Source of the DNA: Armatimonadota bacterium | Lineage (GTDB): Bacteria; Armatimonadota; UBA5829; DTLH01 | Length of the DNA stretch: 64,000 nt | NCBI GenBank assembly: GCA_039680575.1 | Contig: JBDKSP010000021.1 | Coordinates: forward strand, 29,430 to 93,429 | Direction: 5' to 3' | Shown: positions 9,912-20,170 of the stretch, piece after piece | How the letters are laid out: each line of letters starts with the position of its first letter | How positions within the stretch are numbered: position 1 is the first letter of the stretch | Program-made: the position numbers and the translations under genes | The notes under the pieces: generated by a model | Told to the model about the DNA's origin: nothing | The model's input: only the letters and a program-made list of their open reading frames with translations | The model's database searches: none

Positions 9912-11321
9912 TTAACTCATTCTTCGCCAGATGGTCCCCTCAGGCCGGTCTTCGATTGTGATCCCAGCGGCGGACAGTTCATTTCGAATCTCATCAGCCC
10001 TGGCCCAGTTTTTCTCTTTTCTGGCCTTTTCTCTCTCGGTAATAAGAGCTGCAAACTCCGGATCCAGTTCCGTTTCTTGTGCTGATGCCGCTGATTCGTG
10101 CAACTTTAACCCGAAAACTTTATCAAAGTCATACAATGCGTCGAGTACTCCGAACTCCTGCCGGGTGTTGGCTTCCTTTATCATCTCCCATGTGAGCGCG
10201 ATAGCTCGCGGGACGTTGAGGTCATCACTTATTGCTTCTTTGAACCGTTCGCGATACTCGCTGACCCAGGGTTCTTCTGTTCCTTCTGCCCGGCTGGCGA
10301 GGTCAACGAATGCTTTCAGTCGATTATAACCTGCCTGTGCAGCATCGAGTGACTCCCAGGTGAAGTTCAGTTTAGACCGGTAATGCACCTGCAGACATAG
10401 ATACCTGTATGCAAGAGGATCGTATTTCCGGTCTATAAGCGACTGAAGAGTGAGGAACCCACTGGCGGATTTTGCCATCTTTTCGCCGCCGCCGACTATC
10501 AGAAACTCGCCATGAAGCCAGTAACGAGCGAATTGCTTACCGGTCGATGCTTCGCTCTGTGCTATCTCGTTCGTATGGTGGACCGGTATATGGTCGATTC
10601 CCCCCGTGTGGATGTCCAGTGTCTCGCCCAGGTAATGCATAGACATCGCGGAGCACTCTATATGCCAGCCGGGGAAGCCCATGCCCCAGGGAGAATCCCA
10701 CTGCATCAGATGGTTCTCGAACCTTCCAACAGCTTTGAACCAGAGTGCGAAATCGGCAGGATTACGCTTATCCTTATCTTCCTGCACTTCGGCTCTGGCA
10801 GCGGTTATCTTTTCTTCCAGTGATTGACCGGCAAGTGCCGTATAGGTCGGGAACTTGGTAACATCGAAATAGACTGCCTGGTCCGTCTCGTATGTATAAC
10901 CCCGATCCTGAAGCTGTTTTACCAGGTCGATCATCATCTGTATATGCTCAGTCGCGCGGGCAACTACAGTAGGCCGCGCGATATTCAATTTCTCGGTGTC
11001 TTTGAAGAACGCGTCTTCATAGAACCTGGCAATGTCCCAGATGGATTTTCCCTCTCGGCGGGCTCCGGCTTCCATCTTGTCTTCGCCGATGTCATCATCG
11101 GAGGTAAGATGGCCTACATCGGTTACGTTCATCACATGCTTTACTTCGTAGCCTTCATGTTCGAAAGTGCGCCGCAGAATATCGGCGAAGATGTAAGTGC
11201 GCAGGTTGCCGATATGCGCGTAGTTATAGACGGTGGGACCACAGGAGTAAATTCCCGCTTTCCCCGGTTTGAGAGGTATGAATTCTTCTTTCTTGCGTGT
11301 AAGCGAGTTATACAGTAGCAT
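9912..11321 (-). CDS. cysS: Cysteine--tRNA ligase
   Basis: Motifs [32 protein letters not shown] and KMAKS. Confidence 0.97.
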   Translation of the reverse strand: MLLYNSLTRKKEEFIPLKPGKAGIYSCGPTVYNYAHIGNLRTYIFADILRRTFEHEGYEVKHVMNVTDVGHLTSDDDIGEDKMEAGARREGKSIWDIARFYEDAFFKDTEKLNIARPTVVARATEHIQMMIDLVKQLQDRGYTYETDQAVYFDVTKFPTYTALAGQSLEEKITAARAEVQEDKDKRNPADFALWFKAVGRFENHLMQWDSPWGMGFPGWHIECSAMSMHYLGETLDIHTGGIDHIPVHHTNEIAQSEASTGKQFARYWLHGEFLIVGGGEKMAKSASGFLTLQSLIDRKYDPLAYRYLCLQVHYRSKLNFTWESLDAAQAGYNRLKAFVDLASRAEGTEEPWVSEYRERFKEAISDDLNVPRAIALTWEMIKEANTRQEFGVLDALYDFDKVFGLKLHESAASAQETELDPEFAALITEREKARKEKNWARADEIRNELSAAGITIEDRPEGTIWRRMS

Positions 11322-12000
11322 CGGTTATATCAGGTTTCTCCACAGGTTCCGACCGTTCATTCTGTCCGGTCTCCATTTGTGACATGCGATTGTCAAGCTG
11401 GTCAAGCCTTCGCTGGAGCGACTGGATCAGTTCACCTTCAGGATCGAGTCCGCGTCCATGCGTCAGCGGTTCAACTGTTACCTTTTTGCCGTTTTGGACG
11501 GCTATTCTACCAGGAACACCGACGACGGTGGAATCCGCAGGTACATCCTTAAGCACAACAGCGTTAGCTCCGATCCTGGCGTTATCGCCTATGGTTATTG
11601 CGCCGAGGACTTTAGCTCCGCATGCAATGACTACGTTGTTCCCAAGGGTGGGGTGGCGCTTCTTCTTTTCCAGGCTGACACCTCCAAGAGTAACCCCATG
11701 ATAAATAAGGCAATTCTCCCCGATCTCAGCGGTCTCTCCGATGACGACACCCATTCCATGGTCTATAAAGAACCCTTTGCCTATCTCGGCGCCGGGATGA
11801 ATCTCTATTCCGGTAAAGAAACGGTTTATATATGAGATTATTCGAGCGAGAGTCTGCAGGCGCAGCTTCCACAACCGGTGGGCGACACGATGCCAGAAAA
11901 TCGCATTTATCCCTGGATAGGATAAAACTTCCAGCCAGTTGCGCGCAGCAGGATCGCACCTAAATGCAGCTCTCCAATCACTTAGAAATGTTTCGAACAT
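11308..12000 (-). CDS. cysE: Serine O-acetyltransferase
   Basis: [29 protein letters not shown] and KRHPTLG hexapeptide repeats. Confidence 0.96.
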   Translation of the reverse strand: MFETFLSDWRAAFRCDPAARNWLEVLSYPGINAIFWHRVAHRLWKLRLQTLARIISYINRFFTGIEIHPGAEIGKGFFIDHGMGVVIGETAEIGENCLIYHGVTLGGVSLEKKKRHPTLGNNVVIACGAKVLGAITIGDNARIGANAVVLKDVPADSTVVGVPGRIAVQNGKKVTVEPLTHGRGLDPEGELIQSLQRRLDQLDNRMSQMETGQNERSEPVEKPDITDATV

Positions 12001-12074
12001 TAATTAATATCCCAGCTGAGTAATATCAAAAATAACGACAACGATGTTGTTGCCGTTATTAATAACAACACTCG

Positions 12075-12103
12075 AATATAACACGGACTGAGTGAAAGTT
12101 CAA
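12075..12103 (-). promoter_or_regulatory. Sigma70-type promoter of cysE-cysS
   Basis: The minus strand reads TTGAAC-N17-TATATT with an extended TG. Confidence 0.6.
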
Positions 12104-12126
12104 GATAAAATGTAAGACTTCACTGC

Positions 12127-12310
12127 TGATGAGTATAACATCATGATGAACCACCACAACGTCATGCTGAGCTTGACTCAGCATACAGGAAGAAAATGGA
12201 CCCTGAATCTATGGATTTTCGGCTATAGCCGAAAATCTTCCGGGGAGAGTTTCAGGTAATACCTGAAACTCCTTAGTTCAGGGTGACGTGTTGGTTATTC
12301 AGGGTGACGT
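12127..12310 (+). repeat. Palindromic intergenic repeat, copy C (longest, with nested inserts)
   Basis: Core as in copy A, plus hairpins GATTTTCGGCTATAGCCGAAAATC and GAGTTTCAGGTAATACCTGAAACTC inserted within CCCTGAA...TTCAGGG. Confidence 0.9.
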
Positions 12311-12423
12311 CCTTCCATCTATGGTGATGTGTTGGTTGTACAATTTGATGTAGGATCTCTCATTAAGAGTGAACTGTTACGATAAAATGAGGTATAATTT
12401 GGGGGTGTTGGAGAGGTGTTTTG

Positions 12424-13473
12424 ATGAAAGTAGATAGGTTTACTGAAAATCCAATCGTCACGCCTGCTGATGTTAAGCCATCGCGTGATGATTTTGAAGT
12501 TATATGTACATTCAATGCCGGTGTGATCCGCCATGGCGGCGAGATACTTTTGCTTATGAGAGTCGCGGAACGCCCTGCAAACCACGACTCTCGCATTGTG
12601 TCCGTCCCATTTATGAATTTCGATGGGCTGAACCCTGCTTTGGAGATAGCGGAGCTGTCGCTTGAGGACCCGGAGTTCGATTTCAGCGATAGCAGGGTTG
12701 TGACCGGCAAAGGTAAGGTGTATCTCACGTCCATATCGCACCTCCGGCTTGCAAGAAGCCGGGATGGACGCCATTTCACCGTGGAAGAGCATCCGGCGCT
12801 TTGTCCTGATAAGGCCGCAGAGGCTTACGGGCTCGAAGACCCGCGTATCACAAAGATCGACGATACTTATTACATAGTTTATAAGAGTGTTGCGCCCAAC
12901 GGCATTACTCAGAGCCTGGCAACTACTAAAGATTTCGTGACATACGAAAAACGAGGGCTGATCTTCCCTCCGGAGAACATGGACGCGATGATCTTCCCGG
13001 AGAAAATCAATGGCAGGTATGCAGCGATCCATCGACCGGTCCCCCGTATGATCGGCGAGCCGAATATGTGGGTCTCTTACTCGCACGATCTCATACATTG
13101 GGGCGATCATAAGTTCATGGCAGGTGTGATGCCCGGAGGATGGGAAGGCGGCCGGATAGGCGGTGGCGCAATTCCGTTCATGACCGAGCGCGGCTGGCTG
13201 GAGATATACCACGGCGCGACAGCGTGCCATCGCTACTGTCTCGGCGCGATGCTTATGGAAGCCGACAGGCCGGAGCGTGTTATCGCACGGACCATGCAAC
13301 CCATTATGGAGCCGGAGGCGGATTACGAGGTAAAAGGCTTCGTTCCGAACGTTGTTTTTACCTGCGGTGCGCTCGTGGACGGCGACCGCGTCACCATTTA
13401 TTACGGCGGTGCGGATACCGTGATAGCCGGAGCTGAAATGTCCGTCAGAGACATACTACGCGAGCTGGAATAG
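12424..13473 (+). CDS. Glycoside hydrolase family 130 (beta-mannoside phosphorylase/hydrolase)
   Basis: Motifs FNAGV, LTSISHL, EDPRIT, FPEKINGRYAAIHRP, IYHG and GFVPNVVFTCG. Confidence 0.9.
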   Translation: MKVDRFTENPIVTPADVKPSRDDFEVICTFNAGVIRHGGEILLLMRVAERPANHDSRIVSVPFMNFDGLNPALEIAELSLEDPEFDFSDSRVVTGKGKVYLTSISHLRLARSRDGRHFTVEEHPALCPDKAAEAYGLEDPRITKIDDTYYIVYKSVAPNGITQSLATTKDFVTYEKRGLIFPPENMDAMIFPEKINGRYAAIHRPVPRMIGEPNMWVSYSHDLIHWGDHKFMAGVMPGGWEGGRIGGGAIPFMTERGWLEIYHGATACHRYCLGAMLMEADRPERVIARTMQPIMEPEADYEVKGFVPNVVFTCGALVDGDRVTIYYGGADTVIAGAEMSVRDILRELE

Positions 13474-13510
13474 AAGATTAAGTAACATCCTGCGCTCGAA
13501 ACAGAAACTA

Positions 13511-13553
13511 ATAAGAGCCTGAGGGTAAGTGTCTTTCATCCTCAGGCTCTTAT
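13511..13553. terminator. Bidirectional terminator hairpin
   Basis: ATAAGAGCCTGAGG...CCTCAGGCTCTTAT between convergent genes. Confidence 0.75.
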
Positions 13554-13558
13554 ATTTA

Positions 13559-15781
13559 TTAATTGATCTTGACCTGGAATGTCACAGTTCCTTTCGCGCC
13601 TGCGGCCAGAGAGGATATAGTCCAGGACACCTTTCTTGTGGTGGAGTTATATGTCCCGCCTGATGAAGCGCTCACAAAGGTGGTGTCAGCCGGAACAGGA
13701 GCGGAAACTATGACATTCGATGCAGGACCTGCGCCGGAATTTGTGTAGGTTAAGGTGTAAGTGATAATGTCGCCGGGAGCCGCCTTGCTCTTGTCCGATG
13801 AGAGCAAAACCGATATTTTCGGCTCTGGAATAGTAGACCCGGAAGGCTTGATCTTTATTCCGACATCGACAGGCAGGTTCGATACGCTTACAGTAGCCAC
13901 TCCATCGCTTCCGACAGTGATGTTGCTCTTCGATGTAACCTGTGAACTCAGGTTGGGATCGGTCGTGCTCCATGTCTCGACAGTATAGCTGCCTGGGGTC
14001 ATTCCCATTACCTTAATGGTCGCTGACTGGTTGGCAGGAGTCGGTATTTTCGATGAGTCTGCGTAACGGTCGGATGTCTGACCGTAATAGTATATGCGGT
14101 ACCATGTATCTGTCAGGTTCTTTACGTATAGGTAAGCCTTCGTCGCTCCATGCAGTGCGACGGCCATGACTTTGCCGTTCGAGCAGGTCACTTTTGGAGA
14201 CGTGTTGACTGGGTCTGAAACAGAATACGTCGTTTCTTGGGTAAGTCCCGCGAAATTCTCGCCTTTCACGAAGTTGACGAGTGGCCCGTAGACCCAGTAC
14301 TTCTCACCACCACCGTATTTACCGTTTATGTAGTCCAGTTTCCAGTGGGTCATGCTCATACCGGAGAGCATTCCAGCCCAGATGCAGTCTTTTACGTGCC
14401 TCGCTGATGTATCTATCGTATACGCCGAGGTCCAATCGGGAAAACTGCTGTCACCCGGTCTTCTGTAAATCAGTCCGAACTCAGTCCATGAGAGCGGCTT
14501 ATTCCATCCGTAACGTTTGAACTGGATGCGGGCGAGCCTATCAGCCCAGACTGCCGTGTCCTCCCACGGGAACTCCAGTGTGGAACCAAGCGTTTCCAGG
14601 TTGTATGAGCTTTTCAAAGTCCATCCGCCGGTATACTTGGCATAATCGTGATAGTTCACATAGTCCATCGAGGCATCGGTCCAGGGAATGCCGCCGCCTG
14701 TTCTAAGCTCACCGCTGCCGTTGCTGGAAGATGCGAGGTGCGGCTGTTCGGTAAACGAGTGGATATAGTTACCCATATCGATATGCCAGGCAGGAGAATA
14801 GGATGTCGATCCGCCCAACTCGTTCACGAACTCAAGGCAGGCAAGATTGGTGGAATAGCCCCATCGAGCCATCCAATAACGGATCTTTCGTTTATAAATC
14901 TCCCTTGCAGTGGTGGATGAGAAGAACCCGTTAACATCCGAACACGGAGCTTCTCTGCCGCTTACGCTGATATACTGATTGCTGGTGTCCTTAAGGTATG
15001 TCCAGTCATCGAGAAGGAACTCAATGTAAATGCCGTTGGCGCGGGCGGTATCCATAATATCGTCGATTTTCGCTGCACGGGAAAGGTCATAGTTATTGAG
15101 CGACTTGGGGCTAGTCTTGTCCGATCCCACGCAATATGGCTCGATGTTAAGGGATGTAAAGAAAATCCTCGTATAGTTAGCCCCATAAGCCTTCATTTTG
15201 GGAAATGCCACTCCCCAGGCTGTTCCTGTCCCTCCACTGTAGCCGGATATGTCGCAGCCTATAGGATGAAACGGCGTGCTGTTAGAAAAATCGAAAAACC
15301 TCTTGTCGTTTTGGTTCAGCCGGACGAATCCTGGGTTCGTGGTCTGGCTGGTCACCTGGAATGTACGCTCTGAAGATGCAGCTGTACCACTGGAATCCTT
15401 TGCGGTTATCTTGACCTTCCAGGTGCCTGCCATTGCAGGGGCAAAACGGAGCTTCCACACTCCGGTGTCATACCAGAACGCAGGATGGGTGATGGTGCTG
15501 CCGTCAGGCGCGGTAAAAACGCCATCGACCAGTATACCGCGCTTGTTATAGTACTGAGAACCTAACGCGGTGGTATTCGGGTTGAACGGATTGTAGTCAG
15601 TGAACGCGGTCCCTACGCCTGTGATGCTGAAGGTCAGTTCGTATTTTTCATACTCGGGAACGATGCCGTTCGTATAACTCGATGTGTTATCGGACAGGCT
15701 GCCGATTGTCGGCGTGGAGAATGCCGCACTGCATGATAGCGCAAGCATAAGCGTAAATATGATGGTAAATCTATTGCCCAA
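13559..15781 (-). CDS. Secreted glycoside hydrolase (DUF5060-like N-terminus, GH5-like barrel, C-terminal DUF11-like Ig domain)
   Basis: Signal peptide, WKLRFAP..AGTW, RYWMARWGYS...EFVNE (acid/base), WTEFG (nucleophile) and APGDIITYTLTYTNSG. TTG start after GGAAGGAG. Confidence 0.75.
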   Translation of the reverse strand: MGNRFTIIFTLMLALSCSAAFSTPTIGSLSDNTSSYTNGIVPEYEKYELTFSITGVGTAFTDYNPFNPNTTALGSQYYNKRGILVDGVFTAPDGSTITHPAFWYDTGVWKLRFAPAMAGTWKVKITAKDSSGTAASSERTFQVTSQTTNPGFVRLNQNDKRFFDFSNSTPFHPIGCDISGYSGGTGTAWGVAFPKMKAYGANYTRIFFTSLNIEPYCVGSDKTSPKSLNNYDLSRAAKIDDIMDTARANGIYIEFLLDDWTYLKDTSNQYISVSGREAPCSDVNGFFSSTTAREIYKRKIRYWMARWGYSTNLACLEFVNELGGSTSYSPAWHIDMGNYIHSFTEQPHLASSSNGSGELRTGGGIPWTDASMDYVNYHDYAKYTGGWTLKSSYNLETLGSTLEFPWEDTAVWADRLARIQFKRYGWNKPLSWTEFGLIYRRPGDSSFPDWTSAYTIDTSARHVKDCIWAGMLSGMSMTHWKLDYINGKYGGGEKYWVYGPLVNFVKGENFAGLTQETTYSVSDPVNTSPKVTCSNGKVMAVALHGATKAYLYVKNLTDTWYRIYYYGQTSDRYADSSKIPTPANQSATIKVMGMTPGSYTVETWSTTDPNLSSQVTSKSNITVGSDGVATVSVSNLPVDVGIKIKPSGSTIPEPKISVLLSSDKSKAAPGDIITYTLTYTNSGAGPASNVIVSAPVPADTTFVSASSGGTYNSTTRKVSWTISSLAAGAKGTVTFQVKIN

Positions 15782-16348
15782 TGTTTCACTCCTTCCAAAC
15801 TTCCGGAAAAGTACCAAAAAGGGCGACTAACAGCTTGTATGTTTCCGCTTCTTGTGTGCTGCGGTAGTAGATTCAGCGCATATTGAAAGAATATATTGAA
15901 TCTGCCGTTCCCGCAGTAGCTATGATACAATCAGCCGGGGATTTTTCTGGACTTTCAGGCAATGATGAGCGGTATAAGCTGCCAGTGGCCTATACATCAC
16001 CTGAAAGTCTATGATCAATCGCTGGAGAAAGGCAGTGATGGAACATGGGCGATATCCTGCTCAATACCCAACCTCAGCGCTCAGTTTGTTTTGACGTGCT
16101 AAATTGTCAAATAGTTCCCGATATATCGTCTGAATAGTCAATATAATACCTTAAGCTGTGTCGGTAAAAATGAAAAATGTATCCCAGCCTGGTATATTAG
16201 CCTGACGAGCAGTCATCTGATTTACTTTACCCAGCCATAATCCATATGAACCACCCATTCCTTGCCTTCGCACTTGGCAATCGAGCTTTCGGGTGTTATT
16301 ATTGGTTGTCTTTGCTATGTCAGGCAAGATTATACAGGAGGCGATAAA

Positions 16349-17464
16349 GTGTACGATCCAAGAATGAAAAAACTTGCCGATGTTCTCATTGGTCATTCTA
16401 CAAAAGTAAAACCCGGCGAGAGGGTTCTTATAGATTCCGCGGAAGTCCCTGCGGAGATGATAACTCTGCTTATGGAAAGAGTTGTCGAGGCAGGCGGGAT
16501 ACCTTTCGTAGAGCTAAGCCACCCGAAAATCAGCCGTTGCCTGTATCTGAATGGTACTGCGGAACAGATGGATGTACTTGGCAAAAAAGACCTTGAGTTC
16601 ATGAAGGAAATGCAGTGCTACATAGCGCTTAGGGGCTCCAGCAATATCACTGAGATGTCCGATGTACCGGATGAAAAATTGAAACTTGCTGATAAACACT
16701 GGCGAAAGGCTGTGCTTGACTACAGGGTCAACCATACAAAGTGGGTCGTGCTCCGCTGGCCGACTCCTTCCATGGCACAGCAGGCTGGAATGAGCACGGA
16801 GAGCTTCGAGGATTTCTATTTCGATGTCTGTACGCTCGATTACGACAGGATGGCAAAAGCGGAAGAGCCGTTAAAAGAACGGATGGAGAAGGCCGACAGG
16901 GTCCGGATTATCGGCTCGCAGGATACAAATCTCGAATTCTCGATAAAGGGAATTCCTGCAGTCCCGTGCGTCGGCGACAGAAACATCCCGGATGGCGAGT
17001 TGTACACTGCGCCGGTGAAAGACAGTGTAAATGGTGTAATCCACTACAATGCGCCGACCATAAGCCACGGAAAGCCTTTCGATAGTATCCGGCTGGTCTT
17101 CAAAAACGGAAAAATCGTAGAAGCCACAAGCACGGATACGAAATCGTTGAATGAGATCCTGGACTCTGATGAAGGAGCACGGTACGTAGGTGAATTCGCG
17201 CTCGGTTTCAACCCGCATATCAAGAGGCCGATGAGGGATATTCTCTTCGATGAGAAGATCGCCGGTTCGCTCCATTTTACCCCCGGACAGGCATACGGAT
17301 CAGCCGATAATGGCAACAGGTCGAAGATCCATTGGGATATGGTGCTCATCCAGAGCGAGGAATTCGGCGGCGGAGAGGTTTATTTCGACGACGAACTGAT
17401 CCGAAAGGATGGACGGTTCGTGCCGGACTATCTGCAGGGACTCAACCCGGAGAACCTTGTGTAA
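16349..17464 (+). CDS. Aminopeptidase, M29 family (AmpS/aminopeptidase II-like)
   Basis: Motifs NIPDGELYTAP, GEFALG, LFDEKIAGSLHFTPG and IHWDMV. GTG start after AGGAGG. Confidence 0.9.
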   Translation: MYDPRMKKLADVLIGHSTKVKPGERVLIDSAEVPAEMITLLMERVVEAGGIPFVELSHPKISRCLYLNGTAEQMDVLGKKDLEFMKEMQCYIALRGSSNITEMSDVPDEKLKLADKHWRKAVLDYRVNHTKWVVLRWPTPSMAQQAGMSTESFEDFYFDVCTLDYDRMAKAEEPLKERMEKADRVRIIGSQDTNLEFSIKGIPAVPCVGDRNIPDGELYTAPVKDSVNGVIHYNAPTISHGKPFDSIRLVFKNGKIVEATSTDTKSLNEILDSDEGARYVGEFALGFNPHIKRPMRDILFDEKIAGSLHFTPGQAYGSADNGNRSKIHWDMVLIQSEEFGGGEVYFDDELIRKDGRFVPDYLQGLNPENLV

Positions 17465-17530
17465 AGTGACTTGTAAATATCAACAAGAGGACTTCAGGCC
17501 GGGAAAATCTCCCGGCCCTTTATTTTGCAG

Positions 17531-19813
17531 TCAACTGTTAGGTCCAAGAACCGGAGCTTGGAGGGTGAAAGCTGTACCGACATCCTTTTTGCTCGAGATG
17601 GTGAGATTTGCCCCGATCATTTCCACTGTAGTCGCTACTATTGCGAGGCCGATGCCAAATCCCATCGGTTTGTGTTTTCTGGGATAGTCCAATTGCTGGA
17701 ATTCATCAAAAATCGACCACATATCTGAGTTGCGTATTCCCATGCCGGTATCGGCTATGATTACTTCCATTCCTGTGATACCACTGGACAAGATCACATC
17801 GATTCCGCCCTTATCGGTGAATTTAACCGCGTTGGAAAGCAGGTTGGTGATTATAGCGATCAACTTCGCCTCATCGTAAATGCCCTGCTGTGAGTCATTT
17901 TCGGATACGACGCTGATATTGAGCCCCTTGGCTTCCAGTTGAGGGCCGACGGCAAGAATGCATTTATCTACCATGTTTCTCGGACAGCATATTCTGGGGT
18001 TCAGTCCAACTACACCGCTCTTAAGCCGGGCTATTTCAAGTATACTGCTGACCATTGAGAGAAGGTCATTGGTGCAGACAAGCATCTTCCTGAGTAACGA
18101 TGCCTGCTCCTTATTGACAGTGCCGGTAAGGCCTTCCAGGATCATCTTCGCATAACCCTGGACTGCAGTAAGGGGTGTCCGTACCTCGTGTGTTATGTTG
18201 TTCAGGAACTGCTGCTGCAATTGATACGCACGCTGCATATCCTCATGCGCCTTCTGGCGCGCCTCATTAACACGGCGTTCTTCGGTAATATCGGATATAA
18301 CACCATCCAGGCACATGATTTTACCATCGGGACCGAAAATACCTTGCCCCTTCTCGAAGACCCATCTGATGCTTCCATCGGCATGAATGATCCTGTATGT
18401 TATAGAAAACGGCTCTCGTTTCGCTATAGCTTGGTATATAGTATCGGTGACCAAAGACCTGTCTTCCGGATGGATGATATTGGTGAATCTGCGGACCCGG
18501 TTGACAAAATCAGACGGCGGATATCCGGATAGGTCTTGTATCGCATTGTTAAGCAGTTGGATGGCCCAATTCGGATTGAGGTGGCACCTGTAAATGACAT
18601 CCGGGAGGTTAGCGACAAGAGTTCGGAACCGTTCTTCGCTCTCTCTAAGCGCTTCTTCAGTGATCTTTCGCTTGGATATATCCCGCGCGATACCTTGAAA
18701 ACCGATGGTTGAGCCGTTTGCCCTGATAACCGACCACGCAATTTCCATCCACACGGAAGTCTGGTCTTTTCTGATCATCTTTACTTCTATAAGTCCCTTA
18801 GGCAGGTCCGGGGGTGTATCCAGGAAATATTGTAGAAACATTTCATAGTGTGTGGAATCAGACGGATCGATGAAATTGGTCAGTTCTTTGCCGATGCATT
18901 CATCAGGGGTATAGCCCATTACATGAGTGACCGCTTGAGATATAAAAGAGAATATCCCTCTGGAATCGGTTTCCCAAAGGACATCCAAAGCGTTTTCCGC
19001 GAGGAGCCGGTATTTTTCCTCAGCCAGGGAAAGAGCTTCCGCGGTATTTTTGCGTTCCGTGATGTCGCTGATAACTATACATACAGCCTGAACATGCCCT
19101 TTTTTGTTAAGGATCGAGTGCAGGGAGATGGATGCCCAGAATTCGCTGCTGTCTTTTCTGATGAGTTTTATCTCAGGAATTCGAGTAGATACTCCACTGT
19201 TCAATGCGTTCAGATAAGCATCGCGCGCTTCATTTTCGGCAGGGGAGATCAAAAGATCAAAACGGCAAAGGTCATCGCTGGAATACCCGATCTGCTCAGC
19301 GGCATGGCGGTTCATATATACCACATTGCCCTGCTTGTTGGTGAGTATAAACCCTACCGGCATTTCCTCCGCAAGAGTCTTGTTGAGCTTCATCGCACTT
19401 TCCAGGACTTCTTTGTTGGTCTGTATTGAGTTGACTTCCTTGATATTTACGATCGTGACAGCAGAATCAAGAGGCCAGGGAATTACATTTACCTCGATCT
19501 TAATTACTTGCCCGTCTTTCTTAATGAAATCGCAAGCTACGGTCTCGCTCCGCCAGTTACCGGCTAGCCGATTCCAAATTCGGTTCTTTGCTACGGCTGC
19601 ACTTTCTCTCGTCAAAATACGGGTGAGAGGTAATCCCACAATTTCATCTTTTGACTCATAACCCAGTGTTCTGAACGCAGATTCGCTGATATCGATTAGC
19701 TTTTCCTTGTGTAAAATGAGCAGCATATCTGATTCATTTTTCGATATGATCTCATCAAGCAGCCTGCGAAGGTCCGGGTCGGGTTTATAGCCATCGGTCA
19801 CATTTGTATTCAA
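17531..19813 (-). CDS. Multi-PAS sensor histidine kinase (cytoplasmic)
   Basis: Several PAS/PAC segments, then HEVRTPL, NLLSNAVKFT, DTGMGI and GFGIGL. Confidence 0.92.
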   Translation of the reverse strand: MNTNVTDGYKPDPDLRRLLDEIISKNESDMLLILHKEKLIDISESAFRTLGYESKDEIVGLPLTRILTRESAAVAKNRIWNRLAGNWRSETVACDFIKKDGQVIKIEVNVIPWPLDSAVTIVNIKEVNSIQTNKEVLESAMKLNKTLAEEMPVGFILTNKQGNVVYMNRHAAEQIGYSSDDLCRFDLLISPAENEARDAYLNALNSGVSTRIPEIKLIRKDSSEFWASISLHSILNKKGHVQAVCIVISDITERKNTAEALSLAEEKYRLLAENALDVLWETDSRGIFSFISQAVTHVMGYTPDECIGKELTNFIDPSDSTHYEMFLQYFLDTPPDLPKGLIEVKMIRKDQTSVWMEIAWSVIRANGSTIGFQGIARDISKRKITEEALRESEERFRTLVANLPDVIYRCHLNPNWAIQLLNNAIQDLSGYPPSDFVNRVRRFTNIIHPEDRSLVTDTIYQAIAKREPFSITYRIIHADGSIRWVFEKGQGIFGPDGKIMCLDGVISDITEERRVNEARQKAHEDMQRAYQLQQQFLNNITHEVRTPLTAVQGYAKMILEGLTGTVNKEQASLLRKMLVCTNDLLSMVSSILEIARLKSGVVGLNPRICCPRNMVDKCILAVGPQLEAKGLNISVVSENDSQQGIYDEAKLIAIITNLLSNAVKFTDKGGIDVILSSGITGMEVIIADTGMGIRNSDMWSIFDEFQQLDYPRKHKPMGFGIGLAIVATTVEMIGANLTISSKKDVGTAFTLQAPVLGPNS

Positions 19814-20170
19814 GTCGTTTCCTCAACCATAAAAATACATATGATTATTATGAACAGTACTAAAGTATATCCTGCATAAAAGGAAGAGGTCAATTTTTCT
19901 CTTAATATATAGAGCGATTATGACTTCCAATTTGTCTTGTGTCAATTGTCGAGAGGTGGGAATTGCTGGTATAATATCATGCCTGCTCGACGAGATGCTG
20001 TTACAAGACGGAACAAAGTAGCCGGATATGTAGTCTAGCGTATTGAGTGGACCGCTATCTCTTGTCGCCATCGCTTGTGTATATGTTGGCGACAACTTGT
20101 ATAAGCGTATATTTGTGTTAAACTCTGAACAATAACATAATAAGGTATATAATTAGGAGTAGGTGTTTCG

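Noticed and set aside
12127..12310. Palindromic repeats as a CRISPR array
   Set aside because: No regularly spaced direct repeats with unique spacers and no cas genes. The copies are dispersed.
12001..12420. T-box riboswitch upstream of cysE-cysS
   Set aside because: No T-box consensus is visible, and the predicted leader is only ~70 nt.
12319..13299. 326-aa minus-strand ORF
   Set aside because: Antisense shadow of the GH130 gene.
15855..15920. c-di-AMP (ydaO) riboswitch suggested by CGCTGAAT and GGGAAC
   Set aside because: The motifs are in the wrong order and the other conserved elements are missing.
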